Shown here: positions 31,801 through 49,020 of the stretch, one piece after another
Layout: each line of letters begins with the position of its first letter
Position numbering within the stretch: position 1 is the stretch's first letter
DNA from: the human T2T-CHM13v2.0 reference genome, Homo sapiens
DNA length: 64,000 nt
NCBI RefSeq assembly: GCF_009914755.1
Contig: NC_060937.1
Direction: 5' to 3' (one strand)
Position numbers and translations under genes: made by a program
Notes under the pieces: model-generated
The model's database searches: none
Seen by the model: the letters and a program-made list of their open reading frames with translations, nothing else
Told to the model about the DNA's origin: nothing

Positions 31801-33430
31801 TTTGTTTATAACACCAGCACACCTCTAAGCAGGTAAGCTTTTTCTGTTGCCATGGTTCCATTAAGACTATTTTAAGACTCACTTTGGATGTACAGAGTTT
31901 GGTCTGTTGAACTTTTTTTTGTTTTTGTAGAGTTCTGAGCCCCTTTTTTCTTCTCTATTATAGAAGGGCGAGGTTAACTCTGTCATCTTTATACCACCAC
32001 TTTCCAAATTTGCCCTGTGACAGCCAGTGGTAAGGAGAGGTGTGTAGTGGGTGGGTGCTGTGTTCTCCTTTGCAGGCTTCTATCTCTCTCTTCATTTGCT
32101 ATCTTGCCCTGAAATGGTATGTCCCTTGTCCCCACTGGTCTCCTGGACAGCAGGGGCTGTGTCTTCCATGGCTTCCATAAGGAATACACTTAGGGAAGGA
32201 TAAAAGTTTAACTAAATTGTTCTTAACCGGAAGCTTAGGCATTATAAACTGGCAACTAGCAGACTGAAGTCCACCGTTGGACAGATTTTGAGTGGTCCAC
32301 ACACAGTGTTTTTAGAAGTTTTGAATTTGTCGGCAAGGTTTAAACATATGGACTTCACATAAACACCCAGATTGCCAGCTTCTCTTGACACATGGGAAGA
32401 CGGAGCTGTGCCAAGCCATGAAATTATCGCCTGCAGACCCCTTGCTCCTGCTCTGCCTGTTGGGGCTAAGGTCCTCTGAGCTGGCCATGAGAGGTGAAGG
32501 TATGCTGCCATGGCTGCCTGCTGGTGGGAAAGCAGCACACGAGACCCAGAAAGCCTTCCTCTAAAATCTGAAATGCTTCCCCTTTTTTGGACTAAGTAGT
32601 TAGAGCTTTGATATTTAGAAGAAGAAAAAGAAAAAAGAAATCAAAAGATAGCCAGAAAGCTCATGTTTCTAAAAACTTAGATGTGGGCCAAGGGAGGAAG
32701 CATATAGGTAAAAAATCAAGACACCTTTTATAACAGATGCTGATGTACCCAGTAAATATATAAATAAAGGTGGGTATTGGTAAATTAAGGACGGCATTTA
32801 CCCTTCCTGATTCCCTCTCTGGAGGCATTTTTTTGGGGGCCAGGGACTGGAGTCAGAGAAGCCTGGATTTGACTCTTTGCTCTGCCACTTCATATTTAAA
32901 TACATTTAAATTCTAGTTTTAGAAAAGCTTAGATTACATTGTTGCTTTTTATTTTGTGCATCTGGATTAATATTCCTGGAGTCAGTTTACATGCCTTGCT
33001 GTTAGAATCTCAGTAACCTGTTTTAGTGTTCGTTGGGGGAGAAGGAGTGTTGGAATGGCTAATTCATTTCATTATATTTCGATTTGGGGGATATTTTTGA
33101 ATTTATATTTGAATAATTAATTCTCTTTACATGTCAGAGCTTAGATTGTTAAACAGTTTTGAAAGATGAGTAATTTTTATCTAGAAAATAAAATTAAATT
33201 AAGGAGGTTAATCTGCATGCATAGTTAGCTGAATTGGCATGCTGTTTGAATGGATTAAATTGGTTTGGAGTTTGGTTGCAGTGTGACTTTTCTGACTTAT
33301 TTTTCTTATTGAGCTTCCATTTGGGAAATTTCTGTCACATCAGATATGCAAAATATAAATCTTTGAGTTCGATGTGGATAGGATAGGGCAAAGTTTGAGA
33401 AAGTAAAGTTCACCGAATCCTAAAAGGTTC

Positions 33431-33889
33431 TGTCAACCTTAAATAATGAGATTCAGAAAATATGATTTAAATACAGTTTGAGTGCAAAGCTTGAGGATGA
33501 TCACCTGGAAACACTGACTCCAAGTGAATGGGCTCAGTGTTCCAAAGTGAAGTTAAGGTTTCACTTACATGGGTAGAGACAGAGAAGTTCCAGCAAGATT
33601 GCATTGTTCATATAAGACCAGAACATACACCACAACGATTTGATTGGTTACAGATTGCTACATTCCAGGGAAGATTCCTTACTCCATGAGAAGGGACAAG
33701 GATCTGAGGGGGTCTTATCTCTGGTGCTGCTTGGCCTTTTAATTATTTACAGGAAAAAAGGCAGAAGTTGCAGCTGTACACCACGTGACTTGGGCTGTGT
33801 AGCCATATTCCTCTCAAGGCTCAGAATAAGTTAAAATTCCAATAGCTTTAAGTTGGAATTATTTTAAGTTTGAACAATTTAATTTCACA
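33431..33889 (-). mobile_element. Solo LTR (LTR47-like; family uncertain)
   Basis: TG...CA termini (TGTCAACC / AATTTCACA) with a perfect 4-bp TSD GTTC at 33427-33430 and 33890-33893. Minus-strand CCAAT box. Confidence 0.75.
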
Positions 33890-35009
33890 GTTCAGTGTAG
33901 TATACGGAGAAGAAGCAGTCCAGAAAAGTTCTCTTGAGGCTCTGGGGGCATGTGTGGGCTTGTCTACAGGTAGATTATATTTCTCCAGTGTGTGGTCCTC
34001 CTCCCACCTCACTTTAATTTTTTGTTTTCTTTTTAAAAATGTTCTACTTTACTCTTTAATAATTTCTCATTATTGAATTAGTGGAAGTATAGATCATTGT
34101 CAGAATTGAACCCAGAAGAACTGTATACTATATACCAAGTTGTTGCTTTATTGATAAGTGAACAAACGGTTGAGTTCTTGAGATTACTGTGTTGAGATTT
34201 CCAGTGCTCATAGGCACTTTTCTAAGGGTCTTTGGCTATAATTGAAGTTCTTATATTTTGGTCATAAGAACTTCATTGATGTCCTTACCATTATATAATT
34301 ACTGGGAAACTACATTCTTAAGCCTGAAGGACTGAACTTGAACTTGAAAACTTTTGAAGCAATGAACTGTTTTCACATTGCACAAGTAAGTTTGTCCTTT
34401 GAGGGATGCTGCTATAGTCACTATTTTCAGGACCCGACATTGCTTATTTCTGCTTTTTCAAAACTTTTGCTTAAAAAGTTTATCTGTCTGTTGCTTTTGT
34501 TGCCTAGTAGTTCATGCTTATGTATGTGGAAAAGTGAGGTTAATGATGGCAAAAAATCCTGGATGGATTTGCAGAGAGAATGGGATCAAAATGGCAGAAA
34601 CATTTAGTTACTTGAAATGGAGTTTAGCTAGGAGATTGCAACAATTTGAAATAAAATAATCATAGTACAAAAGAAGTAAGGTTTTAAAAATGTTACTTAT
34701 TTGGTAGTTTGTTTCCCTTGAAGAAATTCTGAATATTTGAATGAAAAACAGCAGGTAGAAATAGATACTAGCATTTACATTTACAAAATAATCAACCTTG
34801 GTGGTTTTTAGTTGATGGTACATGTATATGCAAAATTCAGAAGGCTATGATGAGTGAAGTCTCCCTCCCACTCATGGGTTTTAAGATTTTGTGAAAGGAA
34901 AACTGATAGGATTTCCACAAGGTCTAATATATATGCCCTGATATGGATCTCAGTGGGCATTTCTGCTTCAGCTGTGTTAAACTTTTCCCTTATAAAACTG
35001 CTTTGGCAG

Positions 35010-36862
<1,853 letters not shown>

Positions 36863-38245
36863 AAAACTGCTCTGGGGCTTGCAGTGCTTGCATGTGGCCA
36901 CTGTGACACAAAAACCTTCTTCCTTCCTCCTTCTCCCCTACTTCTCCCTCCCTCATCTCCAGATAGCTGCATTCCCTTAGCACACTCTTCATGTATTTAT
37001 TAAAGCACTGCCTCACATTGAAATTATTTCTCTTCTGCCCTGTGGTCCTTATCATTGTATCTCTCAAGACCTCTAGATCAGGGCTGAGAACACAGTAAGT
37101 AAAATTGAAACAATATAGGTTTGTGTTGTGTATTAGGTCACACTGAGGGAGAGAGTTACTTTGAAAATCAGTTGTGTCCTAATGATATATAATGATGGAG
37201 TCCCTTAGGTTTCTTTGATACAGAAACCAGCTCTGGCATTTCCTGGTAGGAGACTCAAGTATCTTGCAGAATCCAAGGGATGCATTTGGGTCTTGGGAAT
37301 AGAACTGAAGACTGGAGCACATGGACAACCAGGAAGTCTCTTCTCCCTACTGCTCATCGGTTTCTGTGTATCTGCCTCATTCTTTCTTGCTCACACTGGC
37401 TTCCTCTGTTTCTTTCTTAGTCCACATGGCATAACATGGCTGCCGGCTGCTCCTGAATTTTACATTACAGTCTAGATAAGCAGGGAGAGATTGATCTCAG
37501 ACTCCCAGAATTGCAGAATTCCTTGGGAAGGAACCTAGTGGTCTGGCTAGGGTCAGCTGTTCACTCTGGAATTATGGCCAGAAGTAGAGTCATGTTGCAG
37601 GGATATGGCAATCCCCACTGCAGTCTGTGGATGGGGAGAGGAGGGAAGGGAGGAGGGGCATGTCTCAGAAAGAGAAGAAAGATAAGCAATCCAGTAGGTG
37701 CCCACTACTGGACCCTATGGGCATGAGATGAGCCCATGCCCTTTTCGTTGGTCATTGCTTTAGTAGTAGCGGAATAATGAACACTCACAGACTCTTGTGT
37801 TTCTCCTGACCTTCATTGCTATTTTCCGTGAAGTCTGCTCATATAGCAGGTGACATGTTCAGATGGCCATTTTCTCATTGCTTTATTTGCTGATTTGACA
37901 TGTGGACTCTTTTCCTGTAGTGAATATAAGATGAAGAATGGGTAGGTATTTCAATATGAATGTTCTGAGCAAAAGCCATTGTTATGGGACAAATTTTAGC
38001 ACTGGTGAGTAGACCCCATATGATAACCATATTTTCTAAACTCCAAGTAAAAACACATGGCTCAACAAAATATTTTTTCTTCTGATGGATGAAATTATTA
38101 AATTGCATTTTGTGATATATTTAATCAACTGAAATCCAAAAAATAACATGAAACTAGACTGCCAAGCATATATGGGCACAGCATATATCCTATCTCAGGG
38201 AGGAAGTGGAAAAGCCTCAAGTATATTAATAGTAATTAATACTAG

Positions 38246-38608
<363 letters not shown>

Positions 38609-39074
38609 ACTAGTTTACTGTCATTTTAAAGATGTAGAAACTGATGCAGCTAGGAAGAGGCAGAGTGGGGAAGGGCACCCTGATTCATCGGACTCCACGC
38701 CCCTTCTACTCCACCTCATGATACAATGCCACCTCTCCATGAGGCGCTCTGGAAGAAGATGCAGAGGCACGAGTGTGGAGCCTCCATGGAAATCACAACA
38801 GGCTGAACTTGTTTTTCAGAGGAAAAGCTAGCAAGTCAGCTAGCCAATCAACAAATGACAATACAAATTAAATAGAAGAGGGCAGATACCCCTAAGACAT
38901 TCCTTTTAAACCCTTGCAACTCCCTTCTTTACTTGCTGTGAGTATTGGCATTACACAATTGTAGATATGACTTTGAGTTATATTAGGAAAAGCTATGCAT
39001 TTATTGTTGGAACAGGGTCTTTGAGGAAGTACTTAAGAACTGGGTGGGGCTTTTATCAGTGTGGCCTAACCAAC

Positions 39075-39415
39075 TGTAATTAATGTGTTGCATAGCAACA
39101 TTTCTATCAACAACAGACTGCATGAATGACAGTGGTCCCATAGATTATAATGGAGCTGAAAAATTCCTATTGCCTAGTGACATTGTAGCCATCTTAACAT
39201 TGTAGTGCAACTTTTTCCGTGTTTAAATCCATTCAGATACATAAATACTTTCCATTGTGTTACAGTTGCCTATAGCATTCAGTACAGTAACATGTTGTAC
39301 AGGTTTGTAGCCTAAAAGCAATAGGCCATACTCTATAGCCTAGATATGTAGTAGGCTATGTACCATATGGGTTTGTATAGATACACTCTATGATGTTTGC
39401 ACATTGATGGAATAG
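39075..39415. mobile_element. Tigger3/Golem-type TcMar non-autonomous element
   Basis: GTGGTCCCATAGATTATAATGGAGCTGAAAAATTCCTATTGCCTAGTGAC...CATTGTGTTACAGTTGCCTATAGCATTCAGTACAGTAACATG. Confidence 0.75.
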
Positions 39416-40761
39416 CAACTGTACTAGTTTATTTTTCTCACATAACAAAACATGTGGAAATAGGTGCTCTTAATCTTTTTCTTCTCCATTATCCCTAATA
39501 TGTGGCTTTCATCCTTGTGGTTGCCCCATGGTTGAAGATGACTCTTTGACCTTCAGCTTCACATCTGCTTATAAATATGTCACAAGACTACCTAGCTGCA
39601 AGGAAGGATGAGGGCATTTGTTCATTAGTTGTTTTTGAGCAATTGTAGTTTTTTAGCTGAGCACATTGATAATTGAACACATTTGGATATTGGAGAGATA
39701 AATGACTAGTATGACCTCCCATGAGGCCTTTGGTTAGGGGAAATCCTTTGTACTCATCTGACCAGTGTTCATGCTTTAAGCTTAGGAGTAGCTTTTTCTC
39801 CAAATGGGTTCCATTTGCATTTTGTATCCTGTAAAAGTGTTTGTAACTCTTCCCCCTACTCCCAGCTCTGCCCCTTCGCTTGTATTGCAGGATTGCCTTT
39901 GCTGCTTGGAACATGTTTCCAGATTGGACTGAATGCTGTGATCTAAATCCTTATACCTGGGGACTTGTGGTTTCTTGAGTTCAAGCATATAGGCCTGGGA
40001 CTTTTATGACTGATACAAAGTGCTTTGACCATGGACCACCATAAAGTTCATCAATTAATACGGCAAATGGAAATGCCAGAAAGATTGCCAATTTTTGACT
40101 GCCTTTAAGAACCACCAGGAATCATTCCTTTGCTCTTCTTGTTTAGACACCACATATTGAACTGCTGGAGGAATTCGTAAGAGCCCAACCACTGCATGTT
40201 TCCTACTAACGTTTTTCTTCCAGAACATCTGTAGTAGAAGTTCCCTTGTGGGGCATTGGGTTCCCTTGTGGGGCATTGTGAGGTAGTAATGCCTGGTAGG
40301 GCCTGGAGCAGCAGGAGCCTCAGGGTTGTGTGCTTCCAGCTGTTAGAAGCCCTGGTTAGTTCCTTGGGGTGCTGTAAAAGGGTGAGAGGCACCTCTTTGG
40401 GGATACTCATGACTTCTCATGTTCTGTATACATCAACCTGGCCATACTTTCTCTGTGACATTTTCAGCAAAATATTGAAGGATGTTTTCTTTACATTCTA
40501 ATGTAAGAAATTTGCCCGCAATTTAAATCATAGACTTTTTCTTGGGCTGTTGTCAAGCATTGTCTTGTAGCAAAAGCAGCATGGAAGAAGGAGTTGTAAG
40601 ACCTGAGTTAAAACCATGCTTTTCCAGTGTATACTTAATTTTTCTGAGGGCCACTTTCCTAGTTTACAAATGGGAAGAATAATGCTTCCTTCTTCATAGG
40701 ATTTTGGTAAGAATTAAGCAAAATAATGGATATGAAAAAAATCTTTGTAAAGCTTTATTAT

Positions 40762-41110
40762 TAGGGGTTGCTGACTCATATGGCCTTAGGCACAAGGCAG
40801 GTAACATAAATGAGTAAAGTGGCATGCTTTACCTGGGTATCAGAAATATTATACAAGAGGGAGCAGTGGGGATTGTGGCAACTGGAGTGTTTGCCTAGTG
40901 AAAGAGGGCAGCAGCTTCTTGGCATTAGCTGATGTTTGCCATGTAGGAATGCGGACCCAGTGTCTCCAGATCACTGGATTTTTCCAGAAGTGCTAGAAAT
41001 CAATTTTTGTGTGAAATATTTACATGTTTAAAGTTAATGCAAAAACATTTTTTTTAAACTCTACAGGACCAAGCATAGTATTAATGCACGCTGGAGCCAG
41101 TCTTTTGTGC
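40762..41110. mobile_element. MER102-like hAT-Charlie element
   Basis: GGCAGGTAACATAAATGAGT...GCCATGTAGGAATGCGGACCCAGTGTCTCCAGATC. Confidence 0.65.
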
Positions 41111-41499
41111 TGTAAAGGATAATTTCTTTAGAAAATAATACATGCCAATTTGTAATATTTATCGACAAGGTTTCCAACTAGAAAAGACATTTCTATCTCA
41201 GTGACCTCCCTCATCTTGCCGCCTCAGAAATCTCTGCTTCAGATTAGCCTCTGAATGAGTTGAGAGAAACATCTATGATTCTGCTTCTGCCAAACAGAAA
41301 CTCAGAGAAGAGGCCATTTTCATGGGAATCAGACTATGTCTTGATTTTTTAGTCAAGAAACAGGAATGTCCCCAAAAACCTAAGGAAAGGGCAGTTTATT
41401 ATGAGCCTACAGAGTAACTCCTGGAAGCCAAGTTCAGAAGGTCACTAGACATTATGAATGTCAAGGTTTGGGACAGAGAGACTTGAGGACTATGTAGGA

Positions 41500-41703
41500 C
41501 AATGCTGTCCCGTATGGTAGCCACTTGCTACATGTGGCTATTTGAGTTTAAATTTAAATTAATTAAAATTAAATAAAAAATCCTTCAGTGGCACTAGCCG
41601 CATTTTAGGTGCTCAGAAACCACATGTGGCTAATGGCTACCATACTGAACAGTGCAGATTGTAGAACATTTTCATCATCACAGGAAGTTCCATTGGACAT
41701 TGT
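41500..41703. mobile_element. MER3/MER33-like hAT-Charlie MITE
   Basis: Internal inverted repeats GTAGCCAC...CATGTGGCTA flanking an AT core. Ends AAGTTCCATTGGACA. Confidence 0.75.
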
Positions 41704-42159
41704 GGATAGAGTGTCAGGGGACATAAAGTGGGAGGTCTAGTTAAAGGTTAAACTAAATGATGGTGGTGCCTGAACTGAAGGATTGTCAGGAGGGCACATT
41801 GAGAAGGATTTCAGAGTTACTGAGAGGTAGCATAGTTCAGGGATTAAGAGCAAGGATTGGGTCAGATGGTTCCTGCTTTACCTTTACTTAGCTGTATGCT
41901 CTCAGACAAGGTACTTAAGGCTCAGTTTCCTAGATGATAAGTGGGGATTATTGAAGCCTTGGGGATGGATGCAATATTGCAGGAAAATAGGTAGAATGAA
42001 AAGAGAGGAGGGTGAGACAGCAATCAAAGAGAATGCCGCGGAAGCTGGCACTGAGGAATGGCCATCAGGGAAGGCCTTGGAAAGAGATGGGTGCTCACTG
42101 TGTTTCAAAAGATGAGTGGATTCTGGATCTCTAAGTTGATCATTGTCCACATATGGACA

Positions 42160-42410
42160 GCACATTGGATCAGGAGCGGGCAATGGAGTCAGACCTGGGT
42201 TCAGTGTCACCACTTTCTAGCTGTAACTAGATATGCAGCAGTTAGCACGCAACACCCCATTACCTGGACCATTGTTTTCTTAGGTACAAAATGAGGATAG
42301 AAATAGAATTTATCTCAAAGTTTGTGAGGATTAAGGGATATAATTCATATGAAGTTGTAGTAAGGGGCCTGATAAGTGGTAAATACTCAATAGATGTTAG
42401 TGTTTGTTAT
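42160..42410 (+). mobile_element. MIR, near full length
   Basis: GGAGTCAGACCTGGGTTC...CTAGCTGT...AAAATGAGGATA...GTGAGGATTAA. Confidence 0.7.
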
Positions 42411-44065
42411 TAGAATCCATCCTTGAAAGGTGAAAGTTCAATAGAGTATCATGGTAGACATGGGTTGTATAAATATGAAGAATTTTCACCAAATATATAT
42501 TATGAAAATACCCTGTCAGAAATTTAGAATGTGAAAGAAATAATTTTGGTAGAAATGGAAAGTTTCACATTACATAATTATTACCCGTGAAACTTATTAC
42601 CCAGAGCTTTGTAGAGAAATAAGTTTAAGTAAAGTTTAGAATTTTGAATTCATTGATGATATATCCACACTGCGTGATGAAGGAGAATGCAAAGGGTATT
42701 TGGTGCATCTGAGAGAGCATATTAAGATTCAAGAGCCATTGTAAATGTTCTCCTTGGGGACGAATGGTCACATGCCTTATAGGAAATGGGAAGAGGACTT
42801 TGCCAGCATTTTATTATGATGAGTTGCTTCCAGGACAATTCGTCTTTCATTGTCACTGTATGAGATTTTCCTTCTCTTTCATTCTAACATCAATCGCAGT
42901 TAGTCTCTACTCACTTTAAATAAAAAAGCACAATGCAGAGATGGCAAAAGGCAGTGTTGGATGGTGAAGAAAGCCAGTAACATCTACTTGGACTATATCC
43001 CAGCTCCTCCACTGACTAGCTGTGGGACTTCTCTCAGAGAAATTAAGTCATTTTAGAAATGTGTCATGGTGTTGTGAGGATTAAAGGACAAGTTATATGT
43101 AAAGCTCCTAGCACATGATAGGATTTTTAGATATTACAGAAATGCTTTAATTCAGTTGGTATCTCTAATTCAAAAATTTCGATTTGATTTTTGTTGAGGA
43201 TTTTGTGTACCTGGTCTCAAGTACAGCATCAGGCATGTTGTAAGCACCTCAGTAACTGTGCATTAGATTAATCCAAGAATTTATCTAACTCTTTGTATAT
43301 TTGGAGAAGAAATTACCTATGCTGTTATTTCTATTGCTTTTTTTATCTAAAGTGATATATCCAGGTTAGATGCTTTTATAACTAGGTATTTGGGAAACAA
43401 ATATTGTAAATGGGAGCTATTATAATAATCCAGAACTTGGATTTTAAAAGCAACAGTGTGGAAAATTTACCTTTCACAATGAAACTGGCATTTGACCTTT
43501 TATTAACAAATATATTTTGTTCATATCAATGGAATATGAACAGCAATGTCACAACATGCCTATACATGCAATATTGTAATAAGTAAATATTATTGTATTT
43601 AGAATTGTATTAGTTAAAAAATTGCAAATGTAATAAGTCCTGGAATGCACAGTATGTCACTGTATTTTCTGCTTTATAATATAAATATTTATTTTATATA
43701 GTAAAATGGAAAGACATTTTCCAGTGTTGTCACTCTTAATTTATGATTCATACTGCCTATCTAAATAACAAAATAATAATTTTTCACCATGTAATTCTAG
43801 AGGTTGCTAGTTTCTTTCTCATTGAATGGACAAGATAATTTATCTTGCTGTAATATTCTGTGGCAGAAAGCAGTATCCCTTCAGTACCAGCCGTCACTTG
43901 TTCAGTGACTTAAGCTATATGAAATGTAACTGAAAACCAGAAAATAAACAAAAATAACCTCTAGCAGCCAAAATGTGGCATAAAAACTCTGTTCCCTAAA
44001 ATTTGTATGCTTTTCTCCTCTTAGAAACACCCTTTAGATACTTATATACTGATACCATAACATAG

Positions 44066-44550
44066 CATATTTCATTGATTCAAAAATCTACAGTTTTTCA
44101 CCTTTAAGTATCTCTGAAATCAGGGTTAGTGACTTAAAACAACAATCATAATTTGTGCAAAGTCCAGTGAGTTGTCTAGGGGAGGCTGGGGTAGCTGGCA
44201 TGGCCATAGTCTCCTTCCTTTAGTAGACTTGCTTGGATGTGTTCACATGGTAGAAAGGCAGCAGCAAGAGGCCACTTTCAGTGCACCAGCACTTCTCCAG
44301 CCTCTTCAGATCGTGTTTGCTAATGTCCTGTTGTAGAAATAGACTGCCTCTTGATAAGAGGAGGACTCCAGTCATGTTGCCAAGGAGTGTATATCTTGGG
44401 ATGGGAGAGATTTCTGAGAACATTTTTGCAAACAATCCACCATGATATTACAAGAAATATCAAAGTTGAGTGTTTTTTTTTTCTTTCTGAGTCATACATA
44501 AAATAATGTATCTTATCATCAATGGCATCTTAGAGTTGATAAAAATATAG
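44066..44550. mobile_element. MER104-like TcMar element interrupted by a MaLR-like fragment
   Basis: Imperfect TIRs CATATTTCATTGATTC / GAGTTGATAAAAATATAG. TCTCTGAAATCAGG and ATCAATGGCATCTTAG motifs. Confidence 0.5.
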
Positions 44551-44687
44551 TCTGTTGGGTTTCTAATTAAAACAACAAAAATTCAATGTAAAAAATAAAA
44601 ATAATATAGAAGTATCAGAGTGAAAGTACTCCCCTGCTCCCATATGCCATGTCTCAGAACTTAGCTGCACAACAGTTCAGCAAATAC

Positions 44688-45149
44688 TGTTGTGATAGGC
44701 TGAATGATGAGGCCCCCCAACATGTCTATGTCCTAGTCCCCAGATCCTGTGATTATGTTACATGTAAAAGAGATTTTGTAGATATGATTAAGTTAAGGAT
44801 CTTGAATGGGGAGATCTTCCTGGACTATCAGGATGTGCCCAGTATAACCACAAAGGTCTTTGTAAGAGGGAGGCAGAAGGATTAGAATCAGAGAGGACAA
44901 GGCAACGTGTAGATTGGAGTGATGTGGCCACAAGCTAAGGAATGCTGGAAGTCTTTAGAAGCTGGAAAAGGTGAGGAACAGATTCTCCCTAAGTGCCTCC
45001 AGAGGAACCAGCCCTGTTGACACCTTGATTTTAGCCCCTTAACACTCACTTTGGACTTCTGACCTTCAGAACTGTAAGATAATATATTTGTGTTGTTTTA
45101 AGCCACAAATTTGTAATAGTTTGTTACAGCAGCAAATGGAAATTAATAT
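44688..45149 (+). mobile_element. MLT1D/C-like MaLR solo LTR
   Basis: GATTAAGTTAAGGATCTTGAATGGGGAGAT...AGAACTGTAAGATAATATATTTGTGTTGTTTTAAGCCAC...GTTACAGCAGC. Confidence 0.85.
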
Positions 45150-45331
45150 ATTTGTTTATTTAATTTTTATTACTTTAAAAGAAATACATGGTTATTGGCC
45201 AGGAATTCAAATAGAATCAAATGGTAGAAAGTAAAATCCCCTATTTTTCCTCATGAACTATTCCTGCATCCTATAGGTTACCACTCTTAACATTTTCATA
45301 TGCATTCATTTCTTCAGAAATAGTCACGTTT

Positions 45332-45635
<304 letters not shown>

Positions 45636-48504
45636 ATCACATTTTATTTTCTCATTTTTGGACAAGTAAGATTATATCAGATATGCATATTTTGTTCTTC
45701 AACTTGCTTATTTAATTAAATATATTTTTGAACATATTTTCAATCAGAATAAATTGATCTACCTCATTCAGTACCACAATGTATTTTACCATTTCTCTAT
45801 TAGGGGGCATTTAGGTTATTTCCAGGGCATTTTTTCTTTTCGCCTTTTTCTGTTATCAACAATGCTTAAATGAACTCTCTTCTACAAATATCATTGGCTG
45901 TCATCTACAGATGTAATTGCAAGCAGTGGAATTGCTACTTGAATGTTGTTGTGTGTGTGTGGGTATGTGTGTGCATGTGCTGAAGTGAGAGTAGGGGGAA
46001 GTGTATCTTCCTATTCAACTCTTTGCCTATATGTTATTTTTAACTTAAAAAAATTGTGAAATATACAGAAAAGCACATATGACATAAATGTATGCTTCAA
46101 TGCACTATTGAAAAGTGAACACTCATATAATCACCATTCACGTCAAGAAATTGAATATTGTTAGCACCTTGTATACCCTCTACTGATCACAACTCCCAGG
46201 AGGGAAGCATGGTTCTGCCTTTTATTTCCTGCTGTTATTTTGAATAGAACTCTAACAAACTTGGTCATGTGTCTTTTTAGTCCTCAAAAGATTAGATTTG
46301 TGAAAAGGGCTGATTAGGGTATTCATAATAATACAATCAAGCATTGATAGTTGACCTTGGAAAAAGTATAGAAAGTAGATACAAGAACTAAAAATAAAGT
46401 GAGAATTTGGGACATTTAGTGTTGGTATAAGCAACCCTCTCTGCAAGACTGTAGCTCCTGGGACAGGATGCCTCCTGTATTTAAGGCATCAAAAAACAAA
46501 ACAAAACAAACAAAAAAACAATAAAAACCCCAACCCCCGCCCCCCCGCCCTCCCCAAAAAACCAGGTTAACATATGTTTAAGAACACAGGAGAATATTTT
46601 AGAAAGGAGACCATAAAAGTGATTAAAAGAAAAAAAATAGTGTTTGAAAAGCTATCTGCTTGTTACCTTGAAAATTCAGTGTGAGAGATTGCCTTAATGT
46701 ACTGAGATGTCAAATATATGCATCTATTATATGGTGCATTAAGCAACCCCATCTTTATCTTTAAAAGCTAAATTGATTCTAAGGGAAGTTCCTAGGAGAT
46801 CTGATTTAGAGCAGCCTTGAAGGTCTAGTTCTTAAGTCTATTCTGCTTTGTAAACTCCCTGGAGGAGTTCTTTCTGATCAATGCTGATTGGTCAAAGATG
46901 GAACTGAAACCTCAACATGTATGATTCTTGTCTTTCTTTTTCCTGATTTATACCCAAGTCCAGAGGGTAGCGCTGAAAAAGGCAAGAATGAGCTCCTTCT
47001 CTATGAAAGACTTGGCTAGGTTCTGGGGTTGGGGTGGTGAATGTGTGGAGAGGGGTGTGCATAGATGGAGAGTCTCATCCCTCATCTGAAGTGGCTTAGA
47101 GCTGGGAATGCCTTTTGAGTTGGACTCAGAGTTATCATCTTTGCTGATTTTGCTCCCAAACTTATTTGACTGTTTTTTTTTTTTTTTGGGGGCTAAAAGC
47201 CCACCATCTATCCCTTTTCGTTGATGATTTTTATGAATATAAAGTTTCAGGGATTTGGGAAGCATGAAAATAATTAAAATGGAAAGTTTAAAGGAATAGT
47301 AATGAGTATTACATATTTATAGTATGAAATTTCCTTTATTGTATGAATTTGTTGTATGAATTTTTTTGTATGAAATTACTGGAGAAAATTCTTTTGACTA
47401 GTACCCAGGTGATGAATATTAGATTAAGCACATAAATTTCATTCCCATTTTTAAGTTGTATTACTCTAAGGTATCATTTAACTTCATTTGAAGAGTAAGA
47501 CAACCAAACCCTCTTTGCATCCAGTAATGTTATCTTGTTTAGTAAGGATTGATATGAATGTAACATTTACTTGTAAGACTCCCAGATAAAAGTATAATGC
47601 CAAATCTACTATCTATTAATGGACAACAGTCATGAAAAACATCCACTGTAGTCTGCTCTTATGATTGATTCTCTGGTTGTCTGTATTTTGTGTGTATTTG
47701 GTTGTTTTTATACTATAGATATTGCCGCTATTTTAGTTCTGCCCTTTGCAAGTGTCATTTTCAGAAATGATAGCTGAAAGGTGGCCTTCCTCTTTGGCAT
47801 TCATCTGGAATTGGGGGGAGAAACAGAGGAATTTGAGTAACTCATCCTTTGCTCTGTTGGTGATCACCTGTCAATTTATTTCCCCTAGATTCATGATTTT
47901 ATTTTTGGGTGGTATGGGGAAGTAAGAGAAGTAAACAAAAACCAAAGTTATTGGAATTAATTAAAAATTACATGTGTTCTGCTAATTGGAGTCCAGCTTA
48001 TGCTAGTAATTAAGAATGCTTGTCTCCAAAAGTATTTATGCAGTTAAGTGTACAGTGTAAGCACCAACAAGGCAGGGATTTTGCTCTGTTCACTGATGTA
48101 TCCCCAGTGCTTACATACTGCCTGGTACATAGTAGGTGCTCAGAAAATATTTGTTGAATGTAAAATGGAAGTATGTATTGACTGTAAAACCTATTGCTGT
48201 TGCTTCACTTGGTCAATCTGCATATACTTGAAGAATATGTATAGTCACAGTTTTTCAAAACCTCACATTTTACTGTGTTAGAAATGGTGGTCATTATAGT
48301 TTGCTATTTTGTGATTTTTTTAAAAAAAGAATATCCTTTGTTTTCAATGAATTTATTTTATCGTTGAGATTTTGCCTCAGCATACAACAAATCTTAAATG
48401 AATAATAATATATTGGATCTATAAAGCATTTTATACTTTGCAGTTTTTTCTTGCTTTATCATTTGATTGTCACTATGGTACTGTGAAGTAAGGGGTTCAC
48501 AACA

Positions 48505-49020
48505 CTGTTGGTTATCTGTTCAGTTGTCTGCTTCATTCTTTCTTGCTGGTCGAACCTCAATTTTGTTTAGGTATTTACCCCTACCTCATACGACTCAGGA
48601 CTGAATCCTGATGACTCCAAGTCTGTTATGGTAAATTCATTCCCTTTGCCAGGGGTTTGGTTTAGGATTAGGCATGAGACCCAGTTCTGGCCAGTGATAG
48701 GAGCAGGGAAGTCTGCTGGTCATAAGGAAGGAGATACCTCTGGGAAAGGAAAGTTCACTCCCTTCTGGGAAGAAATACACAGGAATGATCCCTGTTTTTC
48801 TGCTGCCTGTTGTCATGACTGAATGTGACTACTTGGAGCTACAATCATGCGCACATAAGGAAAGGTAGCCTGAAAATAAGTTGACTGGCTGAATATGGCA
48901 GAAAAGAAATATGGAAAGAGCCAGCCGTCAAATGAACCAACCCTGGAGCTGCCCTACTGCTTGACTTCTTCTTACCAGACAATACATTTTCCTTATTCTA
49001 GTTGAGAGCATCCTAATTCA
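48505..49020 (+). mobile_element. Old MLT1 (MaLR) LTR
   Basis: CATTCCCTTTGCCAGGGGTTTGGTTTAGGATTAGGCATGAGACCCAGTTCTGGCCAGTGA motif. Confidence 0.6.

Noticed and set aside
40240-40278. Direct repeat GTTCCCTTGTGGGGCATTG x2 (20-bp period)
   Set aside because: Simple tandem duplication with no spacers. Not CRISPR-like, and the context is eukaryotic.
46490-46563. A-rich tract with C runs (possible retrocopy tail or minus-strand G4)
   Set aside because: No identifiable parent sequence or TSD. Treated as low-complexity.
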